This document shows positions 26,777-37,147 of a stretch of DNA of 64,000 nt, piece after piece; within the stretch, counting starts at the first letter, position 1; each line of letters starts with the position of its first letter. Made by a program: the position numbers and the translations under genes. The stretch spans positions 4,608,001 to 4,672,000 of the forward strand of contig JBKAGP010000001.1 in NCBI GenBank assembly GCA_046290465.1. Reading direction: 5' to 3'. This DNA comes from Planctomycetota bacterium (lineage in GTDB: Bacteria; Planctomycetota; UBA1135; UBA2386). Below the pieces are notes generated by a model. It did not search any database. It had not been told where the DNA came from and worked only from the letters and a program-made list of their open reading frames with translations.

Positions 26777-28998
26777 GCGGCGACGAACCGGTCGAGCACG
26801 GCGACGCCAGTGCGGTGACGTTGGCGGACTGTGCCGACGAGCCGATCCATCGCCCCGGCATGATCCAGCCGCACGGCGCGATGCTGGTGTTCGACGCGGT
26901 GCCCAAGCTGGTCGCGCACAGCGCCAATGCGAGGCAGGTGCTCGGCGACCTGACGCTCCCGGAGGTCGGCGCCCAGCTCGGGCCGGAGCACATGCAGGGG
27001 CGGCTGCTGCCGCTGCTGCAGGACATGACCGCGCGCTCGCTCGCCAGCGTGTCGCTGGAGCTCGACGGACCCGACGGGCCGCTGGATCTGGTCGCGCACC
27101 AGTCGGATGGCGTCATCCTCGTCGAGGCCGAGACCCGTCCCGACCGGGCCGGCTCGGAACCGCAGTTCGCGTATCTGGTGCATCAGGTCACGTCGCGTCT
27201 GCAGCAGGAGACCGATCTCGTGTCGCTGCTCGGCGAGGCGGTGGTCGCGGTTCGTGACCTGACCGGCTTCGACCGCGTCATGGCCTACCAGTTCCTCGAG
27301 GACGACTCGGGCGAGGTCGTCGCCGAGGCGCGGCGATCCGACCTCGAGCCGTTCCTCGGGTTGCGCTATCCGTCGACGGACATCCCGTCGCAGGCGCGCC
27401 GGCTCTACGTGCTCAACCGCGTGCGCACGATCCCGGACGTCGACTACGAGCCCGTGCCGCTGGTTCCGTCGAGTCGCAACCCGGTGTCGGGCCGCGACCT
27501 CGACATGAGCCACTGCGTGCTGCGCAGCGTCTCGCCGATCCACGTCGAGTACCTCAACAACATGGGCGTCGGCGCCTCGATGAGCGTGTCGCTGGTGGTC
27601 GGCGGCAGGCTCTGGGGGTTGATCGCGTGCCACCACATGGGGCCCAAGTACCCGTCGCTCAACGTCAGGCTGTCGTGCCTGATCCTGTCCGAGCACCTGT
27701 CCCTGCTCGTCGCCAAGGTGTCCGAGAGTCGGCGCCTCGCGGTGATGCAGAAGTCGGCGCAGGCGGCCCGCCTGATGGTCGAACGTGCGGCTGCTGCGGA
27801 CGACGTGATCCAGGGAGTCATCTCCGGCACGCCGACGTTGCTCGACGTGGTCCCGTCCGATGGCGCGGCGATCGTGCTCGGCGGGCGGATCGCGACGATC
27901 GGTCGGGTTCCGCCGCGCCAGCAGATCCGTCGGCTGGTCGACCGCGTCGCGACGCGCGCCGAGCCGGTGTTTGCGTCGCATCGCGCCGAGGAGTGGGTGC
28001 AGGACGAGGACGACAGCACCTGGGCGGGTCTGCTGGCCGCCGAGTTCTTCCGCGACTCGACCGGTTACCTGCTCTGGTTCCGGTCCGAGCAGGTGCGACA
28101 GGTCCGGTGGGCCGGCAATCCGGAGAAGGTCTACGCCGCCGGCCCGAACGGCGGTCGGCTGAGCCCGCGCGGTTCGTTCGAGGAGTGGAAGGAGCTCGCC
28201 CGCGGCACCTCGGCCAGCTGGCTCGACGGCGAGATCGATGCGGCACAGGAGTTCCGCGTGCAGCTGCAGCGGGTCGCGCTGCAGCGCGTGTCGCGACTGG
28301 AGCGCATGCAGAGCCTGTTGATCGGCGTCCTGGGTCACGACCTGCGCACGCCGCTGCACGCGATCTCGCTGTCGGCGGAGGTGTTGGCTGCCTCCCACGA
28401 GGCCGGCGATACGATCCGTCGCTCGACCTCGCGCATGCAGTCGATGATCGATCGCATGCTCGACTACGCGCGGCTGGCCAACAACGAAGGGTTGACGGTG
28501 CAGCCCCGGCGACAGGACGTGCACGTTGCGATCCGCGCGATCGTCGACGAGGCGTGCGCCGCGTTCCCGGGCTGCGAGATCGACTACCGCGCGCTCGGCG
28601 ATCCGCTCGCGGACTTCGACGGCACCCGGATGGGGCAGCTGGTCTCCAACCTGCTCAGCAACGCGCGCCACCACGGCGACGCCTCGCGGCCGATCCAGGT
28701 CGTCGTCGACGGCGACGACCGGGTCGTGCAGGTGGCGGTCTCGAACTACGGTGAGCCGATCGCCGAGGACCGGCGCGAGAGCATCTTCGACGCGTTCGTG
28801 TCGGACGGCGCCCATAAGGACGGCGCCCATCAGGGTGGCGGCGGCAAGGGCGGCGGCGAACGGGTCGGGCTGGGACTGTTCATCTGCCGTGCGATCGTGC
28901 GGGCGCACGGCGGCACGATCTCGGTCGCCTGCGACGACGGCCAGACGACCTTCGCGTTCCGGATCCCGCGGTCGGCCGCGGGCGGCGACGCTCACTGA
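26773..28998 (+). CDS. bphP: Bacteriophytochrome histidine kinase (PAS-GAF-PHY-HisKA-HATPase)
   Basis: CADEPIH..G.IQPHG (biliverdin Cys), GFDRVMAYQF, DIPSQARRLY, LRSVSPIH.EYL.NMGV, WAGNP, PRGSF, GHDLRTPL, GLGL. Confidence 0.96.
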   Translation: MSGDEPVEHGDASAVTLADCADEPIHRPGMIQPHGAMLVFDAVPKLVAHSANARQVLGDLTLPEVGAQLGPEHMQGRLLPLLQDMTARSLASVSLELDGPDGPLDLVAHQSDGVILVEAETRPDRAGSEPQFAYLVHQVTSRLQQETDLVSLLGEAVVAVRDLTGFDRVMAYQFLEDDSGEVVAEARRSDLEPFLGLRYPSTDIPSQARRLYVLNRVRTIPDVDYEPVPLVPSSRNPVSGRDLDMSHCVLRSVSPIHVEYLNNMGVGASMSVSLVVGGRLWGLIACHHMGPKYPSLNVRLSCLILSEHLSLLVAKVSESRRLAVMQKSAQAARLMVERAAAADDVIQGVISGTPTLLDVVPSDGAAIVLGGRIATIGRVPPRQQIRRLVDRVATRAEPVFASHRAEEWVQDEDDSTWAGLLAAEFFRDSTGYLLWFRSEQVRQVRWAGNPEKVYAAGPNGGRLSPRGSFEEWKELARGTSASWLDGEIDAAQEFRVQLQRVALQRVSRLERMQSLLIGVLGHDLRTPLHAISLSAEVLAASHEAGDTIRRSTSRMQSMIDRMLDYARLANNEGLTVQPRRQDVHVAIRAIVDEACAAFPGCEIDYRALGDPLADFDGTRMGQLVSNLLSNARHHGDASRPIQVVVDGDDRVVQVAVSNYGEPIAEDRRESIFDAFVSDGAHKDGAHQGGGGKGGGERVGLGLFICRAIVRAHGGTISVACDDGQTTFAFRIPRSAAGGDAH

Positions 28999-30623
28999 TC
29001 GGAGAGCAGCGGCGCCAGCGCCGCGCGCAGCGTCTCGGGTTGCACCGGCTTGGTCAGGTGCTCGTCGAAGCCTGCTGCGAGCGCCTGCTCACGGTCGGAC
29101 TGCTGGCCGTAGCCGGTGACGGCGAGCCACAGCCGCTTTCGCTCCGTGCTCGGTTGCTTCGCCGCGCGGATCACCTCGTAGCCGTCGAGCTTGGGCAGGC
29201 CGATGTCGAGCAGCACGGCGTCGGGGTCGTGTTGTTCGAGGCACCGCAGCGCGGCCTCGCCGTCGTGGGCGAGCACCGTGCGGAAGCCCCACAGCTCGAG
29301 CAGCATGCCGGCGGACGTCGCCGAGTCGACGTTGTCGTCGACGATCAGCGCGATGGGGGTGTGCGCTGCCTGCGTGTCCGGTCGTGCGGCGGCGTCGTCG
29401 GCGGCGGAGGCGGCCTGCGTGCGCGGCAGGCGCACCGAGAACGTGCTGCCCGCGCCGGGGCCCGGACTGCTCGCCTCGACCTCGCCGCCGTGCATCGTCA
29501 CCAGCCGGCGCACCAGGGTCAGGCCGAGCCCGAGGCCGCCTTCGGCCCGCTCGGGGCTGCGTTCGCCCTGCACGAACAGGTCGAACAGCGCGTCGATCTG
29601 GTCCGCGGCGATGCCGGCGCCGTCGTCGCGGACCGACAGCGTCACCGACGTCGGGGTCGTACCGACCTCGACCTCGATGTGGCCGCCGGGTTGCGTGTAC
29701 TTGGTCGCGTTGTCGAGCAGGTTGCTGACGATCTGGACGAGGCGCACCGCGTCGCCTTCGACGAGGGCGGCGTCCGGACCGGTGTCGACGCGGACCTGGT
29801 GCCGGTTCTGCGTGAAGCTCGGCTGGATGCGTTCGACCGCCTGGTCAACCACGGTGCGGATGTCGACGACCTCGCGTCGCATCGGCAGCTTGCCGTTCAT
29901 GATGCGCGCGACGTCGAGCAGGTCGTCGACGAGGTGGCGCATCTGGTCGACCTGCCGGGCGATGATCTCCGAGACCCGACGCACGTGTTCGGGGTCGGGG
30001 GCCGTGCGCAGCACCTCGACGGCGTTGCTGATCGGAGCCAGCGGGTTGCGCAACTCGTGGCCGAGCATCGCGAGGAACTCGTCCTTGCGCCGGTCGATCT
30101 CCTGCAGCTTCTCGAGCGCCTTCTGTGCGCGCTGCTCGGCGCGTCGACGTTCGCCGATCTCGCGCTCGAGTTCTCGCCGTCGCTCGGCCTCGATGCCGGC
30201 GCGCACCTTGGTCCGCTGCAGCTCCTGTTCGGCCAGCGCGCTCTGCAGCACGCGCTCGACGCATGAGACGAGCATCTCGAGGAAGCTGTCTCCCTTGTGC
30301 ACGAAGTCCCGCACGCCGGCGCGCAGGGCCTGCAGGACGACGTTGGGGTCTTCGTTGCCGGTGACCAGCACGCACGGGGCCTGCATCCCACGCTCCTGCA
30401 GCGCGGCCACCAGTTCGAGCCCGGTCCGGCCGCCGGTCAGCTGCTGATCGATCAACCAGCACTGCACGTCCGCCAGCCGCGGATGGGCCAGCGCCTCTTC
30501 GGTGCTGGCGCAGGCCAAAACCTCGTAGCCGCGGCGCTGCAGCGCGAGCTGCTCCATGCGTGCGGTGCCGGCGTCGTCGTCGACCACGCACAGCAGGTGA
30601 GGATCAATCGTCTCGTCCGGCAT
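28992..30623 (-). CDS. Hybrid histidine kinase (REC-HisKA-HATPase-REC)
   Basis: VVDDD...LIDQQL; KDEFLAMLGHELRNPL; NLLDNATKY, DDGAG, GGLGLGL; C-terminal LLDIGLP, HLTKP. Confidence 0.92.
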   Translation of the reverse strand: MPDETIDPHLLCVVDDDAGTARMEQLALQRRGYEVLACASTEEALAHPRLADVQCWLIDQQLTGGRTGLELVAALQERGMQAPCVLVTGNEDPNVVLQALRAGVRDFVHKGDSFLEMLVSCVERVLQSALAEQELQRTKVRAGIEAERRRELEREIGERRRAEQRAQKALEKLQEIDRRKDEFLAMLGHELRNPLAPISNAVEVLRTAPDPEHVRRVSEIIARQVDQMRHLVDDLLDVARIMNGKLPMRREVVDIRTVVDQAVERIQPSFTQNRHQVRVDTGPDAALVEGDAVRLVQIVSNLLDNATKYTQPGGHIEVEVGTTPTSVTLSVRDDGAGIAADQIDALFDLFVQGERSPERAEGGLGLGLTLVRRLVTMHGGEVEASSPGPGAGSTFSVRLPRTQAASAADDAAARPDTQAAHTPIALIVDDNVDSATSAGMLLELWGFRTVLAHDGEAALRCLEQHDPDAVLLDIGLPKLDGYEVIRAAKQPSTERKRLWLAVTGYGQQSDREQALAAGFDEHLTKPVQPETLRAALAPLLSDQ

Positions 30624-31050
30624 CTTCGGGGAAGCGGGCGATTTTCAAGAACCTGCCGAGGCGTTGCATCGCCTCGACGAACTCGTCGTAGACGACCGGC
30701 TTGGTCACGTAGACGTTGCAGCCGAGTTCGTAGCAGCGTTGCACCTCCTGCGGACTGTCGGAGGTGGTCAGCATGATGACCGGCAGGCGCTGGTGCTCGG
30801 GGTCCTGTCGCAGCCGCTCGAGCACGCCGATCCCGTCGAGCTTCGGCATGTTGATGTCGAGCACGAGCAGACGGCGGCTGCCGGCGCCGACCGGCCGCGG
30901 CTGTTCGCTCAGGTATCGGAGGACCTCCTGGCCGTCCTCGCAGCGAACGACCTGGCCGTCGAAGCCGGCGCGCTCGAGGTTCTTGCAGATCAGGTGGGCG
31001 TGTCCGTCATCGTCCTCTCCGAGGATGATGGTTGTGATCGATGGTTCCAT
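30604..31050 (-). CDS. Single-domain response regulator (Rcp1-like)
   Basis: GEDD, LVLDINMPKLDG, IMLTTS, CYELGCNVYVTKP. Confidence 0.9.
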   Translation of the reverse strand: MEPSITTIILGEDDDGHAHLICKNLERAGFDGQVVRCEDGQEVLRYLSEQPRPVGAGSRRLLVLDINMPKLDGIGVLERLRQDPEHQRLPVIMLTTSDSPQEVQRCYELGCNVYVTKPVVYDEFVEAMQRLGRFLKIARFPEDAGRDD

Positions 31051-31069
31051 GCGTTTCGTCGCCGCAATC

Positions 31070-32587
31070 CTACTCGTCGGACCCGGCCGGTCGAGCCTGC
31101 ATCAGGGTCACGTGCACGGTGGTCCCCTCGCCGGCGACCGAAGTGATCTTCAGCGCGCCGTGGTGCCGATCGACCACCCGTTTGACCAGCGACAGGCCGA
31201 TGCCCTCGCCCTCGCCGCCGGCGTAACGTGAGAACGGCAGCGTCGCCCGTTCGCACTGCTGCTCGGTCATGCCGATGCCGTTGTCCTGCACGAAGATCGT
31301 GTAGCTGCCTGCCGGGGATGCTTCGGCGACCCCGACGGTGATCTGCGCGTCGCGCTCCTGGTGCCGATACTTGATGGCGTTGTTGAGCAGGTTCTCGAAC
31401 ACGCGCACCAGCGCGTCGGCGTCGCCGTATACGGTCGGCAGCGGTTCGCGAACCGCCATCGTCGAGCCGTCGGGCAGGCGCTTGCTCAGCTCCGCGACCA
31501 GCTCCCGGACCTGCTCGTCGAGGGCGACGTTCTGCCAGTGGTAGTCGACGCGGCCGGCCCGCGACAGGCTGAGCAGGGAGTCGATGATGCGCGCCTGCCG
31601 CTGCACGGCCAGGTCGATGAACCGCAGCGCTTCGCCCATGTCGCCCTCGATCAGGCCGTTCGCTCGTTCCTTGACCTCGGCGGGAACGTCGGGGGTCTCG
31701 CCGATCAGCTTCGACAGCGCCGCCGCGGTGCGGTGCAGTTCGCTGCCGAAGCCCTGCAGGTTGACCAGCGGCGATCGCAGGTCGTGCGAGACGCTGTAGA
31801 TGAACATCTCGTTCTCCGACTGCTGGGCGCGCAGCGAACGGACCATCTTGTGGGTGGCCGTATCGATCCTGCCGATCTCGTCCTCGGCCGGGACCGGCGC
31901 GACCAGCTCGCCGCCGCGCTCCATGCGCAGCACGTTCTCCTGGATGGTGTGCAGGCGCCGCAGCATGCTGCGCAGCAGCAGCCAGCCGAACGTCACGACG
32001 ATCGCGATGGCGGCGATCGAGCCACCGATCAGGACCTTCATGCCCTCCGCGGACAGCCGGTCGGTCTCGGCGAAGCGCGCGATCACGCGGCTGCGGAACT
32101 CGCGGCGGATCTCCTCGGCGAGCCGGACGACCTCGCCGAGTTCGCGGTCGTCCGAGGCCGCGGCCCGGCGACCCTCGACGAGGTTGCCTTGCAGCACCTG
32201 TCGCTGCGTCTCCAGGAGTCGGTCCAGCAGCGATTGCGCCAGCGAGGCGAACGTGCGCTGCTTCTCGGCGAGCGCGTCGGCGTCGTCGATCGCTCCGGTC
32301 ATCGCTTCGAGGTCGCTCTCGGCCGCGCTGGCCCGCTCCGGGATCTCTCCGGTCAGGTCGCTCGCGCCGAGCAGCGCCAGCTGCAGGTTCTCGCCCTGGA
32401 TCGTCACCAGCGTCGACTGGATCGACTCGAGGCGCGTCGACAGCTGCTGCGAACGTTCGGCTTCTTCGAGGGCGTCGGCCAGCGAGTAGCCGATCAGGAT
32501 CAGCGGCACCAGCAGGGCCGCGATGGCCATCGTCGGAACGGTCAGCAGGAGCGCGCCCTTGCCGTTGATGGAGACGTTTCTGAGCAT
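31070..32587 (-). CDS. Membrane sensor histidine kinase (TM-periplasmic-TM-HAMP-HisKA-HATPase)
   Basis: Two TMs, DEIGRI, YSVSHDLRSPL, NLLNNAIKY, DNGIG, GEGIGL; start at MLRNV. Confidence 0.9.
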   Translation of the reverse strand: MLRNVSINGKGALLLTVPTMAIAALLVPLILIGYSLADALEEAERSQQLSTRLESIQSTLVTIQGENLQLALLGASDLTGEIPERASAAESDLEAMTGAIDDADALAEKQRTFASLAQSLLDRLLETQRQVLQGNLVEGRRAAASDDRELGEVVRLAEEIRREFRSRVIARFAETDRLSAEGMKVLIGGSIAAIAIVVTFGWLLLRSMLRRLHTIQENVLRMERGGELVAPVPAEDEIGRIDTATHKMVRSLRAQQSENEMFIYSVSHDLRSPLVNLQGFGSELHRTAAALSKLIGETPDVPAEVKERANGLIEGDMGEALRFIDLAVQRQARIIDSLLSLSRAGRVDYHWQNVALDEQVRELVAELSKRLPDGSTMAVREPLPTVYGDADALVRVFENLLNNAIKYRHQERDAQITVGVAEASPAGSYTIFVQDNGIGMTEQQCERATLPFSRYAGGEGEGIGLSLVKRVVDRHHGALKITSVAGEGTTVHVTLMQARPAGSDE

Positions 32588-32647
32588 GGTCGTGATTCCG
32601 GTGCGATCCGATGGGCAGCGCCGATGGCGTCGATACGATAGTTGCCG

Positions 32648-33334
32648 ATGAGTTCGGACGACAGCCAACAAGTGGAGCCCGCCGGCGTCCTGCGCGGCAT
32701 TCCGGAAGCGACCCTGCGCCGCGCGCTGCACGACCTCAGCGGTCCGCTCAACTCGATCTCGATCCTGAGCGAGCTGTTGCGAGCCAAGCTCGAGGGAGCG
32801 GATCGCAGCGGCTCCGAGTTGATCGATCGCATCTCGGCGACCATCCAGCAGATGGGCCGCATGGTCCACCACGTGCGGCGGGCAGCGACGAGCATGTCGA
32901 CCGACGCGTGCCGCGACCACGACCTCACAGAGGCGCTCGGCCGCGCCGCGGAACGCGCCGGTGAGTTCGAGACGACCTCGATCGACGGCGCCGATGGCCT
33001 GCAGGTCGCAGCTCCACCGGGCCAGCTCGATGGGCTGCTCGATTGCGCCTACCGCTGCGTGGCCGGCGGAGCCGCGTCGGCCTCCTGGCGGGCCGAGCGT
33101 GCCGACGGCGACGGGCCAGACGGTCGCCTGCTGCTGCGCATGCTGCTGGCAGGGGACGGCGTGGAGCTGCCGGCGGTGCCCGCTCGGCAGCACCTGGTCG
33201 CGGCCGGCGACGTCGACGCCGCGTGGTTCGAACTGTCGGCGCGCCTCGATGGGATCGGTGGCGGCTATGCCGATGGCGACGCTGGCTCCGGGCCGGTCGT
33301 CGCGATCTACTTGCCCTCGCCGATCCGAAGCTGA
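32648..33334 (+). CDS. DHp protein with a degenerate ATPase domain (ChpT-like phosphotransferase candidate)
   Basis: LHDLSGPLNSISILSELL H-box; C-terminal region lacks N, G1 and G2 boxes; directly upstream of the sigma-54 activator. Confidence 0.65.
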   Translation: MSSDDSQQVEPAGVLRGIPEATLRRALHDLSGPLNSISILSELLRAKLEGADRSGSELIDRISATIQQMGRMVHHVRRAATSMSTDACRDHDLTEALGRAAERAGEFETTSIDGADGLQVAAPPGQLDGLLDCAYRCVAGGAASASWRAERADGDGPDGRLLLRMLLAGDGVELPAVPARQHLVAAGDVDAAWFELSARLDGIGGGYADGDAGSGPVVAIYLPSPIRS

Positions 33335-33365
33335 AACTGGGCGCCTTCCGCGCTCCCTCCGACCG

Positions 33366-34868
33366 ATGACCGAACTACGAACCCTGCTCGTCGAAGACGA
33401 CTCGGTGAGCGGTGCCGCCCTCGCCGAACACCTGGAGTCGCAGGGACTCCGGACCACCTTGGTGGCCTCGCTCGCGGACGCGCGTGCACAGCTGGCGGAC
33501 GGCGTGTTCGACCTCGTGTTGCTCGACATCCAGCTGCCCGACGGCAGCGGCGCCGAACTGCTCGCCGAGCTCGACGGGTCGCCCACGGACGTGGTGATGA
33601 TCTCGGGTCAGACCACCATCGAGGACACGCTCGACGCGCTCCGTCGCGGGGCGTTGGACTTCCTGCCGAAGCCGATCGACATGGCGCGGCTGAAGGCGAT
33701 CATCGCCAACCTCAACAGCCGCATGCAGCTGCGCGGCCAGGTGCAGGACCTGAGGCGCCAGCTGATCGAGCTCGGTCGCTTCGGCGGCATGGTCGGCTCG
33801 TCGCCGGCGATGAAGCGCGTCTACGACTGCATCGAGCGGGTCGCCCCGACCAACGAACGCGTGCTGATCATCGGGCCGTCCGGCGCGGGCAAGGAGGTCG
33901 CCGCGGCGACCATCCAGAAGTTGAGCCGTCGCAGCGACGCTCCCTACGTCGCGGTCAACTGCGGCGCGATCTCGCCCGCTCTGATCGAGTCCGAGTTGTT
34001 CGGCCACGAACGCGGCGCGTTCACCGGAGCCGATCGGCAGCGCAAGGGGGTGTTCGAGCAGGCGGACGGCGGCACGCTGTTCCTCGACGAGGTCACCGAG
34101 ATGCCGATCGAGCTGCAGGTGCGCCTGCTGCGCGTGCTCGAGACCGATCGCATCACCCGCGTCGGCGGACAGAAGGAGATCGAGGTCGACGTGCGCTTGA
34201 TCGCGGCGACCAACCGCGACCCCAAGGAGGCGGTCGCGCGCGGGATCCTGCGCCACGACCTGCTCTACCGACTGTTGGTGTTTCCGGTGGTTGTCCCGCC
34301 GCTCAAGGATCGCGAGGGCGACGTCCGGCTGCTTGCGCAGCACTTCCTCGAGACCCTGGACGAGTCGCACGGGGACCGGCGCACGCTCAGCGCGGCCGCC
34401 CTGCGCATGCTCGAAGCGCACGACTGGCCCGGCAACGTGCGCGAGCTGTACAACGCGCTGCGACGTGCCTACATCATGTCGACCGACGTGATCCAACCCG
34501 ACGACCTGCTGCTCGGGGACGTCGCGGTTGCGGACAGCGTCGGCGAACCGGTCGCTGCCGCGGCGGCTGAGCCGGCCGTCACCTCATCTGACGATTCGGC
34601 TGGCGATTCGGCGACCGGCGGCGTCGGCGACGCCGCCAGCGAACGGCCAGGACGATTCGGTGACGCAGCCGGCGGCAACGATGTCGATGCAGCCGGGCCG
34701 ATCACGATCCGACCCGGGATGAGCATCGCCGAGGCGGAGCGCCTGTTGATCCTCGCGACGCTCGAGTCCGTCGATGGCAACAAGAAGGCCGCGGTCGAGA
34801 GCCTCGGCATCAGCCTGAAGACGCTTTATTCGCGGCTGCAGGTCTACTCCGCCGCCGACGAGCGCTGA
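33366..34868 (+). CDS. NtrC-family sigma-54 enhancer-binding protein (REC-AAA+-HTH)
   Basis: [58 protein letters not shown]. Confidence 0.95.
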   Translation: MTELRTLLVEDDSVSGAALAEHLESQGLRTTLVASLADARAQLADGVFDLVLLDIQLPDGSGAELLAELDGSPTDVVMISGQTTIEDTLDALRRGALDFLPKPIDMARLKAIIANLNSRMQLRGQVQDLRRQLIELGRFGGMVGSSPAMKRVYDCIERVAPTNERVLIIGPSGAGKEVAAATIQKLSRRSDAPYVAVNCGAISPALIESELFGHERGAFTGADRQRKGVFEQADGGTLFLDEVTEMPIELQVRLLRVLETDRITRVGGQKEIEVDVRLIAATNRDPKEAVARGILRHDLLYRLLVFPVVVPPLKDREGDVRLLAQHFLETLDESHGDRRTLSAAALRMLEAHDWPGNVRELYNALRRAYIMSTDVIQPDDLLLGDVAVADSVGEPVAAAAAEPAVTSSDDSAGDSATGGVGDAASERPGRFGDAAGGNDVDAAGPITIRPGMSIAEAERLLILATLESVDGNKKAAVESLGISLKTLYSRLQVYSAADER

Positions 34869-34981
34869 TCGCGGCGGCGATTCGGGCGCCCGTCATCACG
34901 GCCCGTGTGCATTCTGCAATCGGGATGCGCCGTGACGCCTTCGAGCAGGACGTTCGGTCGACGTGACGAGGGGAGGGGCCG

Positions 34982-34997
34982 TGGCATGGAGCTTGCT
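34982..34997 (+). promoter_or_regulatory. Sigma-54 promoter
   Basis: TGGCATGGAGCTTGCT. Confidence 0.72.
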
Positions 34998-35008
34998 CCC
35001 GGCGCGCC

Positions 35009-35695
35009 ATGCCAAAGCTGCACCGGTGCCTCTACCTCGCCGCCCCCCTGACCATGATCGCCTGCTCGACGCAGCACGCCACGCTGCCGCGAGCAGTCGG
35101 AGACGACCCGGCCAGTCCTGCATGGCGGGGTTCGCCGTCCGCAGCGGAACCGTTCGCGTCGACGGCACCCGCATCGCGCACCGTCCGCGCGCCCGAGCGT
35201 CCGCCGGTCCAGGAGCCCGAGGCCAAGAGCAGCGGCTGGCCGCGCGACGACGCGCCGTGGGAGATCACGGTCGGTGGTGCCGGTGCCAGCAACGACGACT
35301 TCGACGCGGGTGGCGCCCAGCTCGGCGTGACCGTCGGCTACTACCTCAACCCGGTGGTCCAGGTCTCGTTCCGCCAGAACGGTTGGTTCAGTGACGCCGG
35401 CCCGAGCATGTCGGAGCAGTGGAACGGCGCCTCGCGCTTCGCCATCGACCTGCATGTTCCCGGCGGTCCCGTGCAGCCGTACATCGGCGCCAACGTCGGC
35501 TACGTCTACGGCGACAGCGTCAAGGAGACGATGGTCGCGGGCCCCGAGGCCGGCGTGAAGTTCTACCTGCAGGACGACGCGTTCCTGCAGGCGGGGGCGG
35601 AGTACCAGTTCTTCTTTGACGAGGACGACTCGCTCGAGGCGGCGTTCGACGACGGCCAGGTGCTCTACGCGCTGACGATGGGCCTGCGCTTCTGA
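35009..35695 (+). CDS. Outer membrane beta-barrel protein with a lipoprotein-like signal
   Basis: MIAC lipobox; alternating strands ([28 protein letters not shown]); C-terminal GLRF. Confidence 0.8.
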   Translation: MPKLHRCLYLAAPLTMIACSTQHATLPRAVGDDPASPAWRGSPSAAEPFASTAPASRTVRAPERPPVQEPEAKSSGWPRDDAPWEITVGGAGASNDDFDAGGAQLGVTVGYYLNPVVQVSFRQNGWFSDAGPSMSEQWNGASRFAIDLHVPGGPVQPYIGANVGYVYGDSVKETMVAGPEAGVKFYLQDDAFLQAGAEYQFFFDEDDSLEAAFDDGQVLYALTMGLRF

Positions 35696-35910
35696 TCGTC
35701 GTTCCGCCGAACGGGACGCCACGCTCCGCCGGTTCGAGGGTGCCTTCGCAGCTTGCGAAGGTGCCCTCGTCGCGGTTTTGGGCGTTGGCCGCGGCGGTGC
35801 CGTGCGCGGCTGTGCAAAGGATGCAGCGTTGTGCAGAAACGGCGCGCCCGGTTGCGCAGATCCTGCTCGGGCGGTGCCACGCCACCGGGGGAACGGCAGT
35901 CTTCGAGGTT

Positions 35911-35926
35911 TGGCACGGCGGTTGCT
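35911..35926 (+). promoter_or_regulatory. Sigma-54 promoter of the DUF1328 gene
   Basis: TTTGGCACGGCGGTTGCT, near consensus. Confidence 0.8.
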
Positions 35927-35972
35927 CCTGCTCTGGTGCGACCCGACACCCGGGTCATCGAGGTCCTATCCA

Positions 35973-36140
35973 ATGCTTTCCTACACCCTCACCTTCCTCT
36001 TCCTCGCCCTGATCGCTGCCGTGTTCGGCTTCGGCGGAATCGCCGCGAGCTTCGCCGGTATCGCCAAGATCCTCTTCGTCGTGTTCCTGGTGCTGCTGGT
36101 GATCAGCTTCCTGTTCGGTCGCCGCCGCGTCGTCGCCTGA
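35973..36140 (+). CDS. DUF1328 (YtjA-like) small membrane protein
   Basis: [41 protein letters not shown]. Confidence 0.92.
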   Translation: MLSYTLTFLFLALIAAVFGFGGIAASFAGIAKILFVVFLVLLVISFLFGRRRVVA

Positions 36141-36215
36141 TCGGCGAGCCGATCGACACGCACCCCAGCCCGAACCACGCCCGACGACCCGACCCTCTTC
36201 TTCAGGAGACCAGAC

Positions 36216-36404
36216 ATGCAAGCACGCACCAGCCCTTCCGTTCCCGCCAAGCCCGCCCGCAAGCTCACGGTCTGGGCGCTCGCCGCGATGTTGCCGTTGT
36301 TCGCGCTCACGGCATGTGACGGCGACGACATCGAAGACGTCGGCGACGAAATCCAGGACGTCGGCGAGGAGATCGGCGACAAGATCGAGGATATCGGCAA
36401 GTAG
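36216..36404 (+). CDS. Small acidic lipoprotein (entericidin-like)
   Basis: AGGAG RBS; LTAC lipobox then an IEDVGDE-type heptad repeat. Confidence 0.7.
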   Translation: MQARTSPSVPAKPARKLTVWALAAMLPLFALTACDGDDIEDVGDEIQDVGEEIGDKIEDIGK

Positions 36405-36482
36405 CCGTCGTCTTCGCTCGCCTTGCCCGCGGCTGCGTCACCAGGTGCGCGTCGCGGGTCGATCCCGACCGGCGATCCAGCC

Positions 36483-36896
36483 ATGGTCTTCATCACGTTG
36501 CCGAGCTGTTTCGTCGCCTGCCTGGTGCTGACCGCGTGCGTCTACGACGCCGCGGGCATCCGCCGAGGGCGCGTCGGGCGCGGCCTGGCCGACGCCGCGC
36601 GACTCGCGCGCGAAATCCAGTCGTGGCGCCTGCGCCTGTCGCGCGGCCACGTCGATCCGCTGCTGCCCGCCGAACTGTCGAGCTTCCAGCGACGCGCGGC
36701 CGCGATCGCGTCCGCGCTCGACGAGACCGACGCCGCACGGGAGCGGCTGCTCGGCGTGCGCGCCGCGCTCGCATCGATCGCCGACCTCGACGTGCCGTCG
36801 TTCGGTTCCCGGCCCGACACGCAGCAACTCGATCGCCTCGCCAGTCGCGCGGGGCGGCTCGACGGCGCCGTTCGTCGCGCCCGCTGCTCTGCCTGA
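36483..36896 (+). CDS. Hypothetical membrane-anchored helical protein
   Basis: Hydrophobic N-terminus; fills the gap on the operon strand. Confidence 0.45.
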   Translation: MVFITLPSCFVACLVLTACVYDAAGIRRGRVGRGLADAARLAREIQSWRLRLSRGHVDPLLPAELSSFQRRAAAIASALDETDAARERLLGVRAALASIADLDVPSFGSRPDTQQLDRLASRAGRLDGAVRRARCSA

Positions 36897-37058
36897 GCGC
36901 AGCCGCCATTGCCGCCGACGCCGGGATGCGCGCATGCACGATCTACCACGACGAAGGGTGGATGTTGCAAAGCCAACGGCTGCCACCAGATCGCTCGCAC
37001 CCCGCAACTGGTTGCCGAGCAAGCGGCAACGATCAATGCGCGGAGAAGTCCGCAGGCT

Positions 37059-37074
37059 GGGCACGCGCCTTGCT
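37059..37074 (+). promoter_or_regulatory. Sigma-54 promoter of the csbD operon
   Basis: GGGCACGCGCCTTGCT. Confidence 0.7.
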
Positions 37075-37147
37075 TCTAAGGCTTCCGGCCGACGGCGAGG
37101 TTCGCCGCGCGGCCAACACATCCATCAACCAACCACAGGAGATTCCC

